Assembly: GCA_944382845.1 (NCBI GenBank)
Contig: CALWNN010000085.1
Coordinates: 2,150-66,149 of the forward strand
Direction: 5' to 3'
DNA: 64,000 nt
Source: an uncultured Clostridia bacterium
Lineage (GTDB): Bacteria > Bacillota > Clostridia > Oscillospirales > Ruminococcaceae
Below, piece after piece: positions 27,651-38,124 of this stretch. The position numbers and the translations under genes were made by a program. Position 1 is the first letter of the stretch, and every line of letters begins with the position of its first letter. The notes under the pieces were generated by a model. The model saw nothing but the letters and a program-made list of their open reading frames with translations. It did not search any database and was not told the origin of the DNA.

Positions 27651-30600
27651 TAGCCCTGCAAACCTCCTTCCGAAACTATTGAACTTAAATCATAAGTCTG
27701 ACCGTTGACATCAGCAGTTGCGTTTTGCGTATCAACTGTGATAACCACCGAGTCGTTGTATGTTGTTGTTATAACGCCTGTTTCTGTATCGATCTGATAA
27801 TCTGTGATGATCATATCGCTTACCTGGCTCAGGATCTCGTCGCTTACCTTGTACTGTTCAATAGCAGCGTCGAGCCAGCCGTTGTAATTTGCATAGTAGA
27901 GGTCGTCATAATCTGTGTCGAGAAGCTCGAATGCGTTCTCGTAAATAAAATCATAGTGTATCGCCGAACCTGACGCAAGCGACAGGAGGAATACTTCTTC
28001 TGCGTTTGAGTTTGCGTTTATAGCCGTTGAAGCATATGGAACATATCCGTGAATAACCATCTGGTAAAGAGGAATGTCATAGTCAACAACATTGTACTGG
28101 CTGGAGTACACAGGCACATTGGTGATATGATCCGCATAAGGGATAACATATGAATTTGCCTCGTCTGCTATAATATTTCCAACTTCTTCGGAAGCCTTTT
28201 TATATCCCTCTATGATAGTTGCTTCGGTCGAGGATCTGCTCTTGGCATTTCTTGTGGAGAAGTCGGAAACAAGTGTGTTTGCGTAATCTCCAAAGCCAAC
28301 GTTTGTCTGACCCTTCTTGGTGAAGCTTGAAATGATCTGGTCAAACACCTTTGAATATGCGTTAGGAGTAAGAAGTGCGGGAGCTTTTCCTGAAAGCTGA
28401 ACTCCGAACGCTGTGGAGTATTCGGACTGTCTTGACTGAGCGTTTGAAACTCTGGTAGCTGTCTTATTAATAGTCATATAGCCCCATGAGTTCTTTACCA
28501 TCTCCATATTTGAAAGAGTCGGGTAAATTTCAGCGTTCATGCTTTCGGCGGCGCTCTGAAGATCCTCAAATCCGCTGCTTCCTCCAAGCTTGCCTGAAGG
28601 CGAGAAGCTTGTTGATATCTTTCCGACCATTGACTTGTTTGTCCAGTCGTTATATGTAGCTATCATTCCGGTAACTCCGCCGTCTGAGAGTTTCTTCATG
28701 ATCTCTTCAGCCTGATCAAAGGTTGTTATTTCAGTTTTCATATCTACAGGAATACCAAAAACTGATGTTTCCTTTAATACTCCGCCGTAAAGATCAAGGT
28801 AAAGGTCAGTATTGCCTGCTTCAGTCTTCTTTTCAAGTCCTTCCTCGTTTATAAGGTAGTTTCTGTAGACCTCTGCAACGTCGGCATAGTTTACCTCTTG
28901 CTCATCGCTTATGGGATAGTATCTTACCGAGATTCTGTCAGTCTTGATATCGCCCTTTTCAAAAACTGTAATTCTTGTTCCGTCTGTTCCGCCCATATAG
29001 TATGTGTCGGAAGATCTGAGATTGAACTCGAAGTATACGTTATTGAAGGACTGTCTGTTCTGTCTGCTTACCTGAGCTTTTACAGCGGCATTTTCATCGC
29101 CCTCTGTTGCAATTGCAACAAGTCCGGAATTTCCGGAAACTGTTGCGATAAGGGGCAGATATGCCTGTTCGGTAACTCTCGGAGCGTTAAGGGGAACCGT
29201 TGTCTTGTCACGTCCGTAAAGGGTCTGTGAGTAAGACGTATAACCCTCTTTGTCATTGTTGTATTCAATTACTGCACCGCTTCCGTCCGGAACTACCATA
29301 TATCCTTCAACCTCATTGCCTGCAAGGTCTGTATACGGCGAAGCGCCGAATGTAGGAGAAAGCGCAAGAGCTGTAATTACCTTTCCGTCAACTGTAGATG
29401 TGTTTTCCTCGTCGATTTCGGAAATATTGACCGCAACCTCAATGTAATCATCATTTAAGGTGTATGTTACGGGAACTGTAAAGCCAATGTTAAACTCGTA
29501 TGTAATTGTTACGCCGTTTTGATTAAGCTCCCACTTTTCAGAGCCTCTTCCCGACTCCTGCACGACAGATGAGTAAACGTAGGTCTCGTTTCTCTTTTCC
29601 TGTCTGAGGTCGCCGTATTTAAGGATAAGTCCCGAAGCCGCCTGATTTCTTTGAGGAAGCTTCATAACGCTGTTTTTGGTTTTATCTATGATAGTTTCGT
29701 CGCCGTACGGGTCAACGGGTGTTGTCCACCAGTACTTATCAGCCGTCTTGTCATATACAGCGATTTTTTTGTTTGTGCTGTCTGCATAAAGAGCCATATT
29801 GTCGTTTTCACAAACAAGCTCGATATCGGCAAGAAGTCTGTCAGTCTCAAGGTTTGTATAAGCCATTCTGCCGTCTGACGAAACGAACAGTCTGCCGTTT
29901 TCTGCGTCCTCAGACTCATATGTGTATGTAGCAGAAACCTCTCCGCTGTTTACGTCCATATAGTAAATCTCGGTCTTTGCAGTGGTAACGTATGCGTTCT
30001 CCACAAAGTTGCTGAGAAGTCTGATATAGAAGTTTGTAACTCTTGTATGATCGGCGTCTGTTTCAACTACCCATATGCCGTTAGGAGTTGTGTTTACAAC
30101 ATCCGAGCCGTCCTCGCTTTCGATCATATCCATAGTTCCCACAAGCTTATATCCGTCTTCGGGGTGATTGTATACTACCGCAAGTATCTCATCGGGAGCC
30201 TCTATAAGCTTTCCGTAGGTATATGAGATATTTTCCGCAGCTTCGTTTACCTCCGCCTGAGTTGCGTTAGGGTCGCTGTTTACTGTTCTTGCGTCTGCAA
30301 GCGCCTGCTGATAGAGGTTCCATGTATAATTTGTGTAATCCTCTGCAACAAGCTCGGTATCCTGTCCGTCAAGAGCTGTCTGAAGAGTTGTCTTGTCAAC
30401 GGTTTCCGGTTCTTCAAACGGAGTTTCCTCCATGCCGGCCATAACAAGAGCGGATGCTGCTCTGTCAAGGTTTATATAAGCCTCGTCCAGCTCATCCTGA
30501 GTTGAATTTTCATTTGCATCGGCTGCCTTGGCTGCTGCAAGAGCCTGGCTGTATGCCCCGTAGCTTTCCTCGGTATAGTCCTCGGCGATTACATACTCAG

Positions 30601-30916
30601 AGCTTTCGATAAGGGTCTGGAGATTTCTCTTTTCCCTTATTATACCCTTATATATTGTATAGTCGCCCTGTGCGTTCAGCACTGACATATTTGCCTGAAC
30701 ATAGGAAACGGTAGTTTCGTGCTGGAGGTCGATAGTTTCGTCAACCGCTTCTTCCTCCTCCTCTTCCTCCTCATCTTCAGTTTCACCGCTGTCGGCAGCC
30801 TGTGAATCAGCGTCTTCCTCTGTTTGGTCAGCCGCAAATACCGAACCGAGAGGCATTAGCATTGTCAGTGCCAATGCAAAGGCAAGTATCTTTTTTACTT
30901 TGCTGTTGTGCATCAA
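27650..30916 (-). CDS. 1088-aa secreted protein: signal peptide, poly-Glu tract, two FIVAR-like helical repeats, then about 800 aa unrecognised
   Basis: The signal is MMHNSKVKKILAFALALTMLMPLGSVFA. The repeats fit the FIVAR pattern: EDYTEESYGAYSQALAAAKAA..NENSTQDELDEAY..L and EDYTNYTWNLYQQALADART...DPNATQAEVNEA. I recall similar proteins annotated as a DUF (DUF5696?) next to YIP1 genes and ABC permeases; this is unverified. Confidence 0.6.
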   Translation of the reverse strand: MMHNSKVKKILAFALALTMLMPLGSVFAADQTEEDADSQAADSGETEDEEEEEEEEAVDETIDLQHETTVSYVQANMSVLNAQGDYTIYKGIIREKRNLQTLIESSEYVIAEDYTEESYGAYSQALAAAKAADANENSTQDELDEAYINLDRAASALVMAGMEETPFEEPETVDKTTLQTALDGQDTELVAEDYTNYTWNLYQQALADARTVNSDPNATQAEVNEAAENISYTYGKLIEAPDEILAVVYNHPEDGYKLVGTMDMIESEDGSDVVNTTPNGIWVVETDADHTRVTNFYIRLLSNFVENAYVTTAKTEIYYMDVNSGEVSATYTYESEDAENGRLFVSSDGRMAYTNLETDRLLADIELVCENDNMALYADSTNKKIAVYDKTADKYWWTTPVDPYGDETIIDKTKNSVMKLPQRNQAASGLILKYGDLRQEKRNETYVYSSVVQESGRGSEKWELNQNGVTITYEFNIGFTVPVTYTLNDDYIEVAVNISEIDEENTSTVDGKVITALALSPTFGASPYTDLAGNEVEGYMVVPDGSGAVIEYNNDKEGYTSYSQTLYGRDKTTVPLNAPRVTEQAYLPLIATVSGNSGLVAIATEGDENAAVKAQVSRQNRQSFNNVYFEFNLRSSDTYYMGGTDGTRITVFEKGDIKTDRISVRYYPISDEQEVNYADVAEVYRNYLINEEGLEKKTEAGNTDLYLDLYGGVLKETSVFGIPVDMKTEITTFDQAEEIMKKLSDGGVTGMIATYNDWTNKSMVGKISTSFSPSGKLGGSSGFEDLQSAAESMNAEIYPTLSNMEMVKNSWGYMTINKTATRVSNAQSRQSEYSTAFGVQLSGKAPALLTPNAYSKVFDQIISSFTKKGQTNVGFGDYANTLVSDFSTRNAKSRSSTEATIIEGYKKASEEVGNIIADEANSYVIPYADHITNVPVYSSQYNVVDYDIPLYQMVIHGYVPYASTAINANSNAEEVFLLSLASGSAIHYDFIYENAFELLDTDYDDLYYANYNGWLDAAIEQYKVSDEILSQVSDMIITDYQIDTETGVITTTYNDSVVITVDTQNATADVNGQTYDLSSIVSEGGLQG

Positions 30917-30933
30917 TCAAACACCTTCCTTTC

Positions 30934-31563
30934 TTAGCCTCTTATTCTGTATGCAATTTCCTGATAGATCTGAACGATAAATACATAAACCTGCTGGAAA
31001 AGCGAGAGAAGAAGTACAGCAAGGAAAAGTATCAGAAGCATAGCTATCAGTGTGCCTATCATTGAAGCGATTGTCTTTGCGAACGAATACTGGTGAACGG
31101 CTCTCATTGCCTGTATCATAAGGATGACAGACCAGCCCATACCCAGAAGTGAAATGAAGTTTACCCAGATAGCCTCGTCAAGTATGAGGAAGTTTGACAT
31201 GAATACCGAGATGTATGTTCCGAAAATATAAGGAACAAGAGCATATGCAGAGTAAATGCATATCTTCTTCAGAGTTCCTTCACCATCGAAAAGGGTGCAT
31301 ATTGCCCAGTTTCCCAATACCCATACAAAGAAGTAAACTACCGAGCGAACGATAAGAGGCACTACGTTAAATACCTTAACATAGGCTGTATTGAAGGCAA
31401 AGCCCATAAGCTGTCTGTCAACAACCATTGCCACAAAGAGCAAAAATACAATGACCATTGAAAGTGCAAGAGAGCCTTGCTTTTTCCATCTCAGATCTTC
31501 AAATCCTTCAACGGGATGGAAAATTACATGCTTAAGCCAGCCTAAAGTCGAAAACTCATACAT
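30934..31563 (-). CDS. Yip1-domain-like 5-TM membrane protein
   Basis: 209 aa. The N-terminus (...I.HPVEGFEDLR.KKQGS) is followed by 5 hydrophobic spans. It abuts the upstream gene with a 0-nt gap. Confidence 0.55.
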   Translation of the reverse strand: MYEFSTLGWLKHVIFHPVEGFEDLRWKKQGSLALSMVIVFLLFVAMVVDRQLMGFAFNTAYVKVFNVVPLIVRSVVYFFVWVLGNWAICTLFDGEGTLKKICIYSAYALVPYIFGTYISVFMSNFLILDEAIWVNFISLLGMGWSVILMIQAMRAVHQYSFAKTIASMIGTLIAMLLILFLAVLLLSLFQQVYVFIVQIYQEIAYRIRG

Positions 31564-33183
31564 TTAATTTCCCTCCTTTTTTGATTTTTTGAATGAATTT
31601 CTGATCTTTCTGCAAAGTATAACTATATACTCTGTAATTGACTTTATCTTTTTGTGTTTTTTAAGCTTAACATATACTATTATAAGTATAACAAGTGCAA
31701 GAAGCACACTAACGATAATCTCAAAGTTATTCCTGAGAAGGTCGTCACGGTAATACTCGAAAGCCTTATCGTAGTCCTCCTGATCGTAAGCTGTTTTAAA
31801 GTATTCCATTGCAGAAGCATAGTTTCCGTTGTTAAGCTCTGCCTTACCAAGGGCGACATGAGCAAGAGTATATTCGCCGTCTCTTCTCATTACTTCTTCC
31901 CAGAGAGGCTGAGCGTCGGTATATCTTCCCTCAACGTACAGAACAGATGCTGCGTGAACATATTTTCCGAAAACAGTTTCGGTAAATACGGTTATGTCGT
32001 TTTTGGTTCCGTCAAGGACAAAGACGTTTGTTCCCATTGTCTCAACGGCGTTGGGAGCGGTAAAGCTTCCCTCCTGTTCGGAAGGAGTTGATCTTGTACC
32101 GAATATGAAAAGGAGAGTTGCGTCTTCATCATACTGGAAAACACGTCCTGTTTCATAGTCAAGAATATTGATAACCCCGTTATCGCCTATTACAACGTCG
32201 GTAAGCTTTGTTGAAATTGCAGTAGACTCGTCGTAGCCGCTTGCAAAATCACCGAATTCATATTTGTTTCCTACTGCATTGTCCCAGATGTTGTATCCGG
32301 CGGGATTAAGCTTCTTAACGGCGTCTGTTGAAGCGTTTGCAGATTCTGTAACAGTATATACAAAGCCCTGGTCGTCAATATCGAAGTTATTGAACTCGGT
32401 AGGTACCGAGGAGGTCATAGCCTGAAGCTGTTCGTCCGAAGCAAAAACTCTCCAGACCTTTCTTGCAATAACATCTGCTGTCTGTTCAACACGGTTTGCA
32501 CCGTAAAATCCTCTGAAAGTACCTGTAGAATCGTATCTTAAAGCACCTGTACTTACTGATGTACAAACAAGGTAAGCGTTTCCTTCCTTATCCGCAAGTA
32601 TTTTTGACGGATTGAATGCTTCTGCGGTATATGCTGCTGAGTCAGGCTTTGTGTATTCAACCTCGATCTCGGCAGTCATATCGCCTGTTATTTTTGTTCT
32701 TATGGCTCTTTGATTATCACTGTCCGCAATATATAGAGTCGTATTTCCGGCGCTGTCGGAGGTCGCAAAAACTCCCATTGGATTTTCAAGAGTGCTTATC
32801 GTTCCGCCGGTGAAGGTTTTGTATACTCCGGTAACCTCAAGATCCATATTGAGTCTTAGAATTCTGTTGTTTCCGGAGTCTGCAAGCCACATTGTCTTTG
32901 TGTTCTGGTCAATGAAGAAATCTCTCGCTCCGCTGAGCTGTGGATTTTCATTTTCGCTTATAAACAAGTCGCTTTCAGGATCGGAGAGCTGTTCAAGTCC
33001 CATATCCAGTCCGGTAACTGTTCTTTCAACTCTGTAGCCTGCCTGGGAAGGGATAGGATCTCCCCAGTTATCATAGCTGTATGTATTATAGGGTTCATCT
33101 GCGAAGGCGGTAATTGCAGTTGATGTAAACGCCATTACCGCTGATACAGCGCAGATAAGACATTTTTTTAATTTCGACACCAC
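31564..33183 (-). CDS. Secreted six-bladed NHL-like beta-propeller plus TPR-like helical region plus C-terminal TM anchor
   Basis: 539 aa with a signal peptide. Six repeats are of the type LADSGNNRILRL / IADSDNQRAIR / ILDYETGRVFQY. The TPR-like segment is YVEGRYTDAQPLWEEV...GNYASAMEYFKTAY. The C-terminal TM is IIVSVLLALVILIIVYV, followed by a Lys-rich tail. Confidence 0.6.
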   Translation of the reverse strand: MVSKLKKCLICAVSAVMAFTSTAITAFADEPYNTYSYDNWGDPIPSQAGYRVERTVTGLDMGLEQLSDPESDLFISENENPQLSGARDFFIDQNTKTMWLADSGNNRILRLNMDLEVTGVYKTFTGGTISTLENPMGVFATSDSAGNTTLYIADSDNQRAIRTKITGDMTAEIEVEYTKPDSAAYTAEAFNPSKILADKEGNAYLVCTSVSTGALRYDSTGTFRGFYGANRVEQTADVIARKVWRVFASDEQLQAMTSSVPTEFNNFDIDDQGFVYTVTESANASTDAVKKLNPAGYNIWDNAVGNKYEFGDFASGYDESTAISTKLTDVVIGDNGVINILDYETGRVFQYDEDATLLFIFGTRSTPSEQEGSFTAPNAVETMGTNVFVLDGTKNDITVFTETVFGKYVHAASVLYVEGRYTDAQPLWEEVMRRDGEYTLAHVALGKAELNNGNYASAMEYFKTAYDQEDYDKAFEYYRDDLLRNNFEIIVSVLLALVILIIVYVKLKKHKKIKSITEYIVILCRKIRNSFKKSKKEGN

Positions 33184-33227
33184 TTATCACCTTTTCCTTT
33201 TCATTATATAAATTGTATATCTGTTGA

Positions 33228-34121
33228 TCAGTCCTTGATACCCGAATTAGCCATGGTTTCCATAACGTTATTCTGAGCGATAAGGAATACGAGAAGTGGA
33301 GGGATCATAAGAATAACTGCCGTTGCAAATGTAACACCCTGTCTTGCGATACCTGAAGCTGCGATCTGGTTCATGATTGTCGGAAGGGTCTTTAACTCTT
33401 CAGAGTAGATAAGCGCGCCGCCCTGAATGTTCCATGCACCCTGGAAAGCAAAGATAAGAAGGGTCATAAGTGCAGGCTTTGAGTTTGGAATAACTATTGT
33501 CCAGCAAATTCTGAAAAGTCCTGCTCCGTCAACCTTTGCCGCCTCGATCATAGAGTCGTGGATAGTCGTCATGCTCTGTCTCATAAGGAAGAGACCAAGA
33601 GATGTTGCAACGTTAGGAAGGATAAGAGCCCAGTAAGTATCGATCATTCCGAGAACTGCCATTACAAGGAACTGTACGATCCACATTGCTGATGATGTGA
33701 AAAGAAGGGCAGTTACGATGATCTTGTTTATTACCACACATCCGGGGAACTTGCACTTTGCAAGAGGGAATGCGGCACAGCAGCAAACGAAGATATTTGC
33801 TACAGAAATTACAACAGTAATGAATGCGCTGTTGAAGATATATCTTGAAAGCGGTACCCACAAGCTGCTTGCTACCTTGAACATATCCGAATAGTTTCTC
33901 ATGGTAGGTCTCAGAACATAGAGCTTAGGCGGGAATACGAACAGCTCTTCAATAGGTTTAAAAGACTGGATGATAGCGTAGTAAAGAGGGAATACCATAA
34001 ATATTCCGAGTAAGCAGAGGAATATGAAAATGCATATGTCGCCGCCTATATTACCGCTGGTCCTTTTTCTTTTATCCTTGACCTTGAGGTCATTAATGTC
34101 TTTCTTTTTGTTTTTAGCCAT
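33228..34121 (-). CDS. Carbohydrate ABC transporter permease (MalG-like), second pair
   Basis: 297 aa. It has the EAA loop MIEAAKVDGAGLFRICWTIVIP and a Lys-rich N-terminal tail. Confidence 0.82.
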   Translation of the reverse strand: MAKNKKKDINDLKVKDKRKRTSGNIGGDICIFIFLCLLGIFMVFPLYYAIIQSFKPIEELFVFPPKLYVLRPTMRNYSDMFKVASSLWVPLSRYIFNSAFITVVISVANIFVCCCAAFPLAKCKFPGCVVINKIIVTALLFTSSAMWIVQFLVMAVLGMIDTYWALILPNVATSLGLFLMRQSMTTIHDSMIEAAKVDGAGLFRICWTIVIPNSKPALMTLLIFAFQGAWNIQGGALIYSEELKTLPTIMNQIAASGIARQGVTFATAVILMIPPLLVFLIAQNNVMETMANSGIKD

Positions 34122-34135
34122 TTTATCCCACCCCC

Positions 34136-35119
34136 TTAATCAAGATACTTGTCGAGCAGCCATGTAACGAGTTTGTTACAAAGAAGCATTGCCGCAAACA
34201 GAATGAAGCAGATCGCACAAGCGTAACCCATTTCGTAACGGATTGAACCGTAGTCTGTTGCGTGGTTCATAATTGTATGTGCAGCATAGTCTGTTGATGG
34301 AAGTCCAACAAGAGACTGTCCTACCACACCTACTGTAAATGCAGCGGATATCTGCATAACAGCGGCAAAGAGAAGCTGAGGTCCCATTGAAGGAACAGTG
34401 ATGAGGAAAAGTTCCTGCCATCTGTTTCTGATTCCTTCTATAGCTCCCGCTTCGTACATTGATCTGTCAATGTTCTGGAAGCCTGCACGAAGTGCAAGGA
34501 AGCCTGCGCCCATTGATATCCAGAGCTGTACTACGATAACTACGCCAAGAATGTAGTTTGTATCGGTAAGCCACTGAATAGGTGCGTTTATAAATCCAAG
34601 GTCCATAAGGATGGAGTTTATAAATCCGTATGAGTCACCTGACAGGAAGAGCTGCCAGATGATATAAACGGAAGGAGTCATTGAAGGTGCGTAGAACACG
34701 AATGTAAAGAATGTCTTGAGCTTTGGGTGCATTTCGTTAATGAGCCATGCAAGGAAAAAGCTCAGTACATAAGAGAACGGACCTGTGAATATCGCAAATA
34801 CAAGAGTATTTTTAACTGCGATCATGAATATGTCGTCGTTCAGGAATAATGTGTAGAAGTTTGACAGTCCGACAAATTTCGGGAACTGTACCATGTTAAA
34901 GTTTGTAAAGCCCAGAGGAAGAGAAATAATTACCGGAATTATTGTAAATACCGTAAACAGTATCATAAACGGAGCGAGCAGTCCATAGCAGCCGATATTC
35001 AGACGCATCATATGAAGTGTATACTTGAATTTATTCTGCTTGTTTACAGGAACTTCCTTTCCGGGAGTATTAGCCTTTGTCCCAACCTCTGCAGTCTTTG
35101 CAGATGATTTTTCAGCCAT
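34136..35119 (-). CDS. Sugar ABC transporter permease (MalF-like), second pair
   Basis: 327 aa. It has the EAA loop MYEAGAIEGIRNRWQELFLITVP. Confidence 0.82.
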   Translation of the reverse strand: MAEKSSAKTAEVGTKANTPGKEVPVNKQNKFKYTLHMMRLNIGCYGLLAPFMILFTVFTIIPVIISLPLGFTNFNMVQFPKFVGLSNFYTLFLNDDIFMIAVKNTLVFAIFTGPFSYVLSFFLAWLINEMHPKLKTFFTFVFYAPSMTPSVYIIWQLFLSGDSYGFINSILMDLGFINAPIQWLTDTNYILGVVIVVQLWISMGAGFLALRAGFQNIDRSMYEAGAIEGIRNRWQELFLITVPSMGPQLLFAAVMQISAAFTVGVVGQSLVGLPSTDYAAHTIMNHATDYGSIRYEMGYACAICFILFAAMLLCNKLVTWLLDKYLD

Positions 35120-35142
35120 TATTTATTTACTCTCCTTTCTTA

Positions 35143-38070
35143 TTAAGAATACATTCCGAGGTCTTCAAGCTTTCTTGTGATCTCGGCATTGATATCCTTG
35201 TTATACCACATAAGGGTATCTCTTGGATTTTCTGCATCATTTACAACAGTTCTGAAAGCGTTTGTAAGGTTTCTTGTAACTGCGTATGTAGCAGGGATGA
35301 TCGGAATCTCAATCTGTTCTTCCATCTGAGCCAGGAGAAGGTCAAGTTCAGACTGTGACCATGAAAGTCTCTTCAAAGCTTCTATGTTAGCCGTATCAAA
35401 ACGACCCATTGTACCCATAAGAGCTTCGATGTCGTTTCCGTATTCAACCTGGGTATCGGTTGAAGTAAACCACTTGATGAATTCCCATGCGGCTTGCTGA
35501 TCTTCACAGTCTGTAAAGATTATTGCGCCCGATCCTGAGGAGCATGAAGCGTGGCTTACAGTTCCGTCTTCCTGAACTGTTCCGGGGATCTGCATGAAGT
35601 CCCAGCATCCCTTGATTTCGGGAGCGGCAACAGAAAGCTGGTTAAAGAATGTATATGCGTTAAGGAGAAGAGGCATATCTCCCGTTCTGAAACGTGTGAA
35701 CGGGTCGTAGGTCTGTTCAAACTTATAAGTAGTATAGAATTCTGTCCACATTTCAAATGCGTCGATAGCCGCCTGCTGGTCAAACGTTGTAGCTGTCTTG
35801 TCTTCGTTGTAGAAGTTATATCCCTTCTGGAGAAGAAGTGTTGCGAATGTGTTTCCGGCTTCTGTTGTTGTAGGAACGGTAGTTACGCCGTTTGTTACAA
35901 TATTAGCCTGAAGCACAAGGCCTGCTTCCATGTAGTTTCTCTGGAGAACAGGAAGAACATCGATAAAGTCGTCCCATGTTTCAAGATCTTCTTCAGCGTT
36001 TATTCCGTAACTTGTAAGAATGTCGTTTCTGTAGAACATCATTGGGAATGTCTGGCTTACCGGAAGTCCGTAAACTCCGTCGTTATATGTATAAAGAACA
36101 GGAGCGGTTTCGGTAAATCTTGTGATAACTTCTTCATAGTCCGGGAACTGACTTATATCCGTAAGCACTCCACGGGCGGCAAGCTGTATCGGGAAGTCGC
36201 CTCCGATAAACAGAGCTATATCCGGTCCCTTTCCTGCAAGAGTAGCTTCAACGATACCACCCTGAACAAGGTTTATTGCTACCTTTGTATCAGATGTAGG
36301 GTTAAATTCATTGTCAACAAGCTGTTTTACCACCTGAGCCTGGTCACGTCCCAGGGATACCCATACTGTAAGGGAATTTTCTCCCTCTTCCGAAAGTGAG
36401 TTATAATCCTCGAAGAAGGAGCCGATAAAGGACTTGAAGCCGAAGCCGAGAGATTTGAAGAAGTTCTTATCGGTATCTGCAAATTCAACGTCTGCTGAAT
36501 TTATTTCGATAAGGTCAAGTTCAAGCGCCTGACCTCTGTAGGTCTGCATCCATGATGAAACCGAAGTAATATTATCCTTTATCTGAGAAAGAAGGCTTGG
36601 TATTCTGTAAGTTCTTTCTGTACATTTATCAAGGATGATCGCCATCTTGTCAAGGGTTACAGCTTCTGAACCTTCAGTACCTGAGAGCTTTTCGATCTCA
36701 GCCTGTATTTCTCTCATTCTCTTGCTGTAGTAATTGAAGTCGTCAACAAGAGTAGGGATCGAGCCGTCAACATTATAGTCAACGTATTCGTCAGGGCTTG
36801 GACCTGTTATTTCTCTTATTCTTCTGTAATAAGACGTGATATTGTAAACAATATCCTCAAGCTCATCCATGATTTCGCCTATCTCGCCGGGAATAGCCTC
36901 AAGAGTAATTGTATGGTTTCCGGCTTCAAGGTAGTAGTACATAGGATCGCCGTTTGCGTCCTCCGGGCTTACTACTTCCCATTCGGTATTATAGTAGAAC
37001 TTGATCTGTTCTGATTCAGCGTTAGGAACTACTCCGTCAATATAAAGTCTTCTGTTTGAATAAAGACCTCTCATTGAATCCTGTCTTGCGCGGATACCTA
37101 TTTTATAGTATCCGGACTGTTCAACCGTAAATTCCCATGTGATAGATTGAGTAGCCTGATTCCAGTTATCCTTGCCAATTGTATTATATCTTGTCTTGGT
37201 AGGATCTGAAGGGCTTGTTATGTAAGAAGTTCTGTCCGAAGTAGGATAGAGAGTTCTGTCGTTTTTATAAGCGGCGTCCTCACCCTCAAGAACGATATTC
37301 TGGTCTGATATACTGTTGATATCGCTGTCGGAAGGTTTTTCGTAAGACGCAAGTTCCTTTTCGTTGTAAAGCTTAAGGTAGTTAAGAGCAAAGCTGGCGC
37401 GGGTTGAATTGATCGTGACAGTATTTATTCCTTCCTTGAAATAGAAAGCAAGAGGAGCATTTGAAAGTCCGTCGATATCCTTGATAGGAGAAGTCTGCCA
37501 TCTTACGCTTTCTATCTGACCCGGTCTGATGTCGTTGTCATGGATATCCTTCTGAATCTCCGTCTTATTTACCCATACCTTTGGCAGAGTGATTCTCGAA
37601 GCGGTTGTATACTGTATCTCTCCGTTTATGGCAAGTGTAAACTCAACGGTATTCGTATTTCCCTCAAGAGCCTCATAATTTGCCTCGATGCAGTAAAGTC
37701 CCTCTTCGGGAACATCCACTTCAAAGGATACCTGACCCGACTGATTTGACCATTTAAGAACGTCCGCAACCCCGTCCACAGTCTCAACGGAAACCTCTGT
37801 TCCCTCAGTAGCGTCCGTATAATCTTTTCCGTAGATATAGACCTCCCCGTCGGGTCTTGCTGTGTCGCTGTGCCTTTCAAGGAAAGCGCTGTAAGCATTT
37901 TCACGGTTTGACGCGTCGATATCGTCAGCCGAAATAACGCTCTGGTCAGTAGCTTCACCGGTTTCTTCAGTTGCCGAAGCCGCCCCGGCAAATACTGCCT
38001 GAACAGTAGTCAAGCACATTGTCACAGCCAGTATTGTTGCTGTCAATCGCTTTAACTTAGTTTTTTTCAC
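35143..38070 (-). CDS. 975-aa extracellular solute-binding protein fused to two N-terminal CBM-like beta-sandwich modules
   Basis: It has a signal peptide. Two segments follow the sugar-binding-module pattern (W...SGQVSFEVDVPEEGLYCIEANYEA ; W.QATQSITWEFTVEQSGYYKIGIRARQ). The C-terminal half is family-1 SBP-like (LTVWVSLGRDQAQVVKQLV.NEF...). Confidence 0.7.
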   Translation of the reverse strand: MKKTKLKRLTATILAVTMCLTTVQAVFAGAASATEETGEATDQSVISADDIDASNRENAYSAFLERHSDTARPDGEVYIYGKDYTDATEGTEVSVETVDGVADVLKWSNQSGQVSFEVDVPEEGLYCIEANYEALEGNTNTVEFTLAINGEIQYTTASRITLPKVWVNKTEIQKDIHDNDIRPGQIESVRWQTSPIKDIDGLSNAPLAFYFKEGINTVTINSTRASFALNYLKLYNEKELASYEKPSDSDINSISDQNIVLEGEDAAYKNDRTLYPTSDRTSYITSPSDPTKTRYNTIGKDNWNQATQSITWEFTVEQSGYYKIGIRARQDSMRGLYSNRRLYIDGVVPNAESEQIKFYYNTEWEVVSPEDANGDPMYYYLEAGNHTITLEAIPGEIGEIMDELEDIVYNITSYYRRIREITGPSPDEYVDYNVDGSIPTLVDDFNYYSKRMREIQAEIEKLSGTEGSEAVTLDKMAIILDKCTERTYRIPSLLSQIKDNITSVSSWMQTYRGQALELDLIEINSADVEFADTDKNFFKSLGFGFKSFIGSFFEDYNSLSEEGENSLTVWVSLGRDQAQVVKQLVDNEFNPTSDTKVAINLVQGGIVEATLAGKGPDIALFIGGDFPIQLAARGVLTDISQFPDYEEVITRFTETAPVLYTYNDGVYGLPVSQTFPMMFYRNDILTSYGINAEEDLETWDDFIDVLPVLQRNYMEAGLVLQANIVTNGVTTVPTTTEAGNTFATLLLQKGYNFYNEDKTATTFDQQAAIDAFEMWTEFYTTYKFEQTYDPFTRFRTGDMPLLLNAYTFFNQLSVAAPEIKGCWDFMQIPGTVQEDGTVSHASCSSGSGAIIFTDCEDQQAAWEFIKWFTSTDTQVEYGNDIEALMGTMGRFDTANIEALKRLSWSQSELDLLLAQMEEQIEIPIIPATYAVTRNLTNAFRTVVNDAENPRDTLMWYNKDINAEITRKLEDLGMYS

Positions 38071-38124
38071 TATGATCCACCTTTCTTATAAATTGCTTTA
38101 TGTCTCCCATTGCGGGTTGTAAAG

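Noticed and set aside
35551-36399. 282-aa ORF antisense inside the 975-aa binding-protein gene (also 38110-38631, 38369-38746 and 39014-39451 opposite the ATPases).
   Set aside because: These ORFs are nested opposite well-supported genes. They are Cys/Ser/Phe-rich with low-information composition and no RBS.
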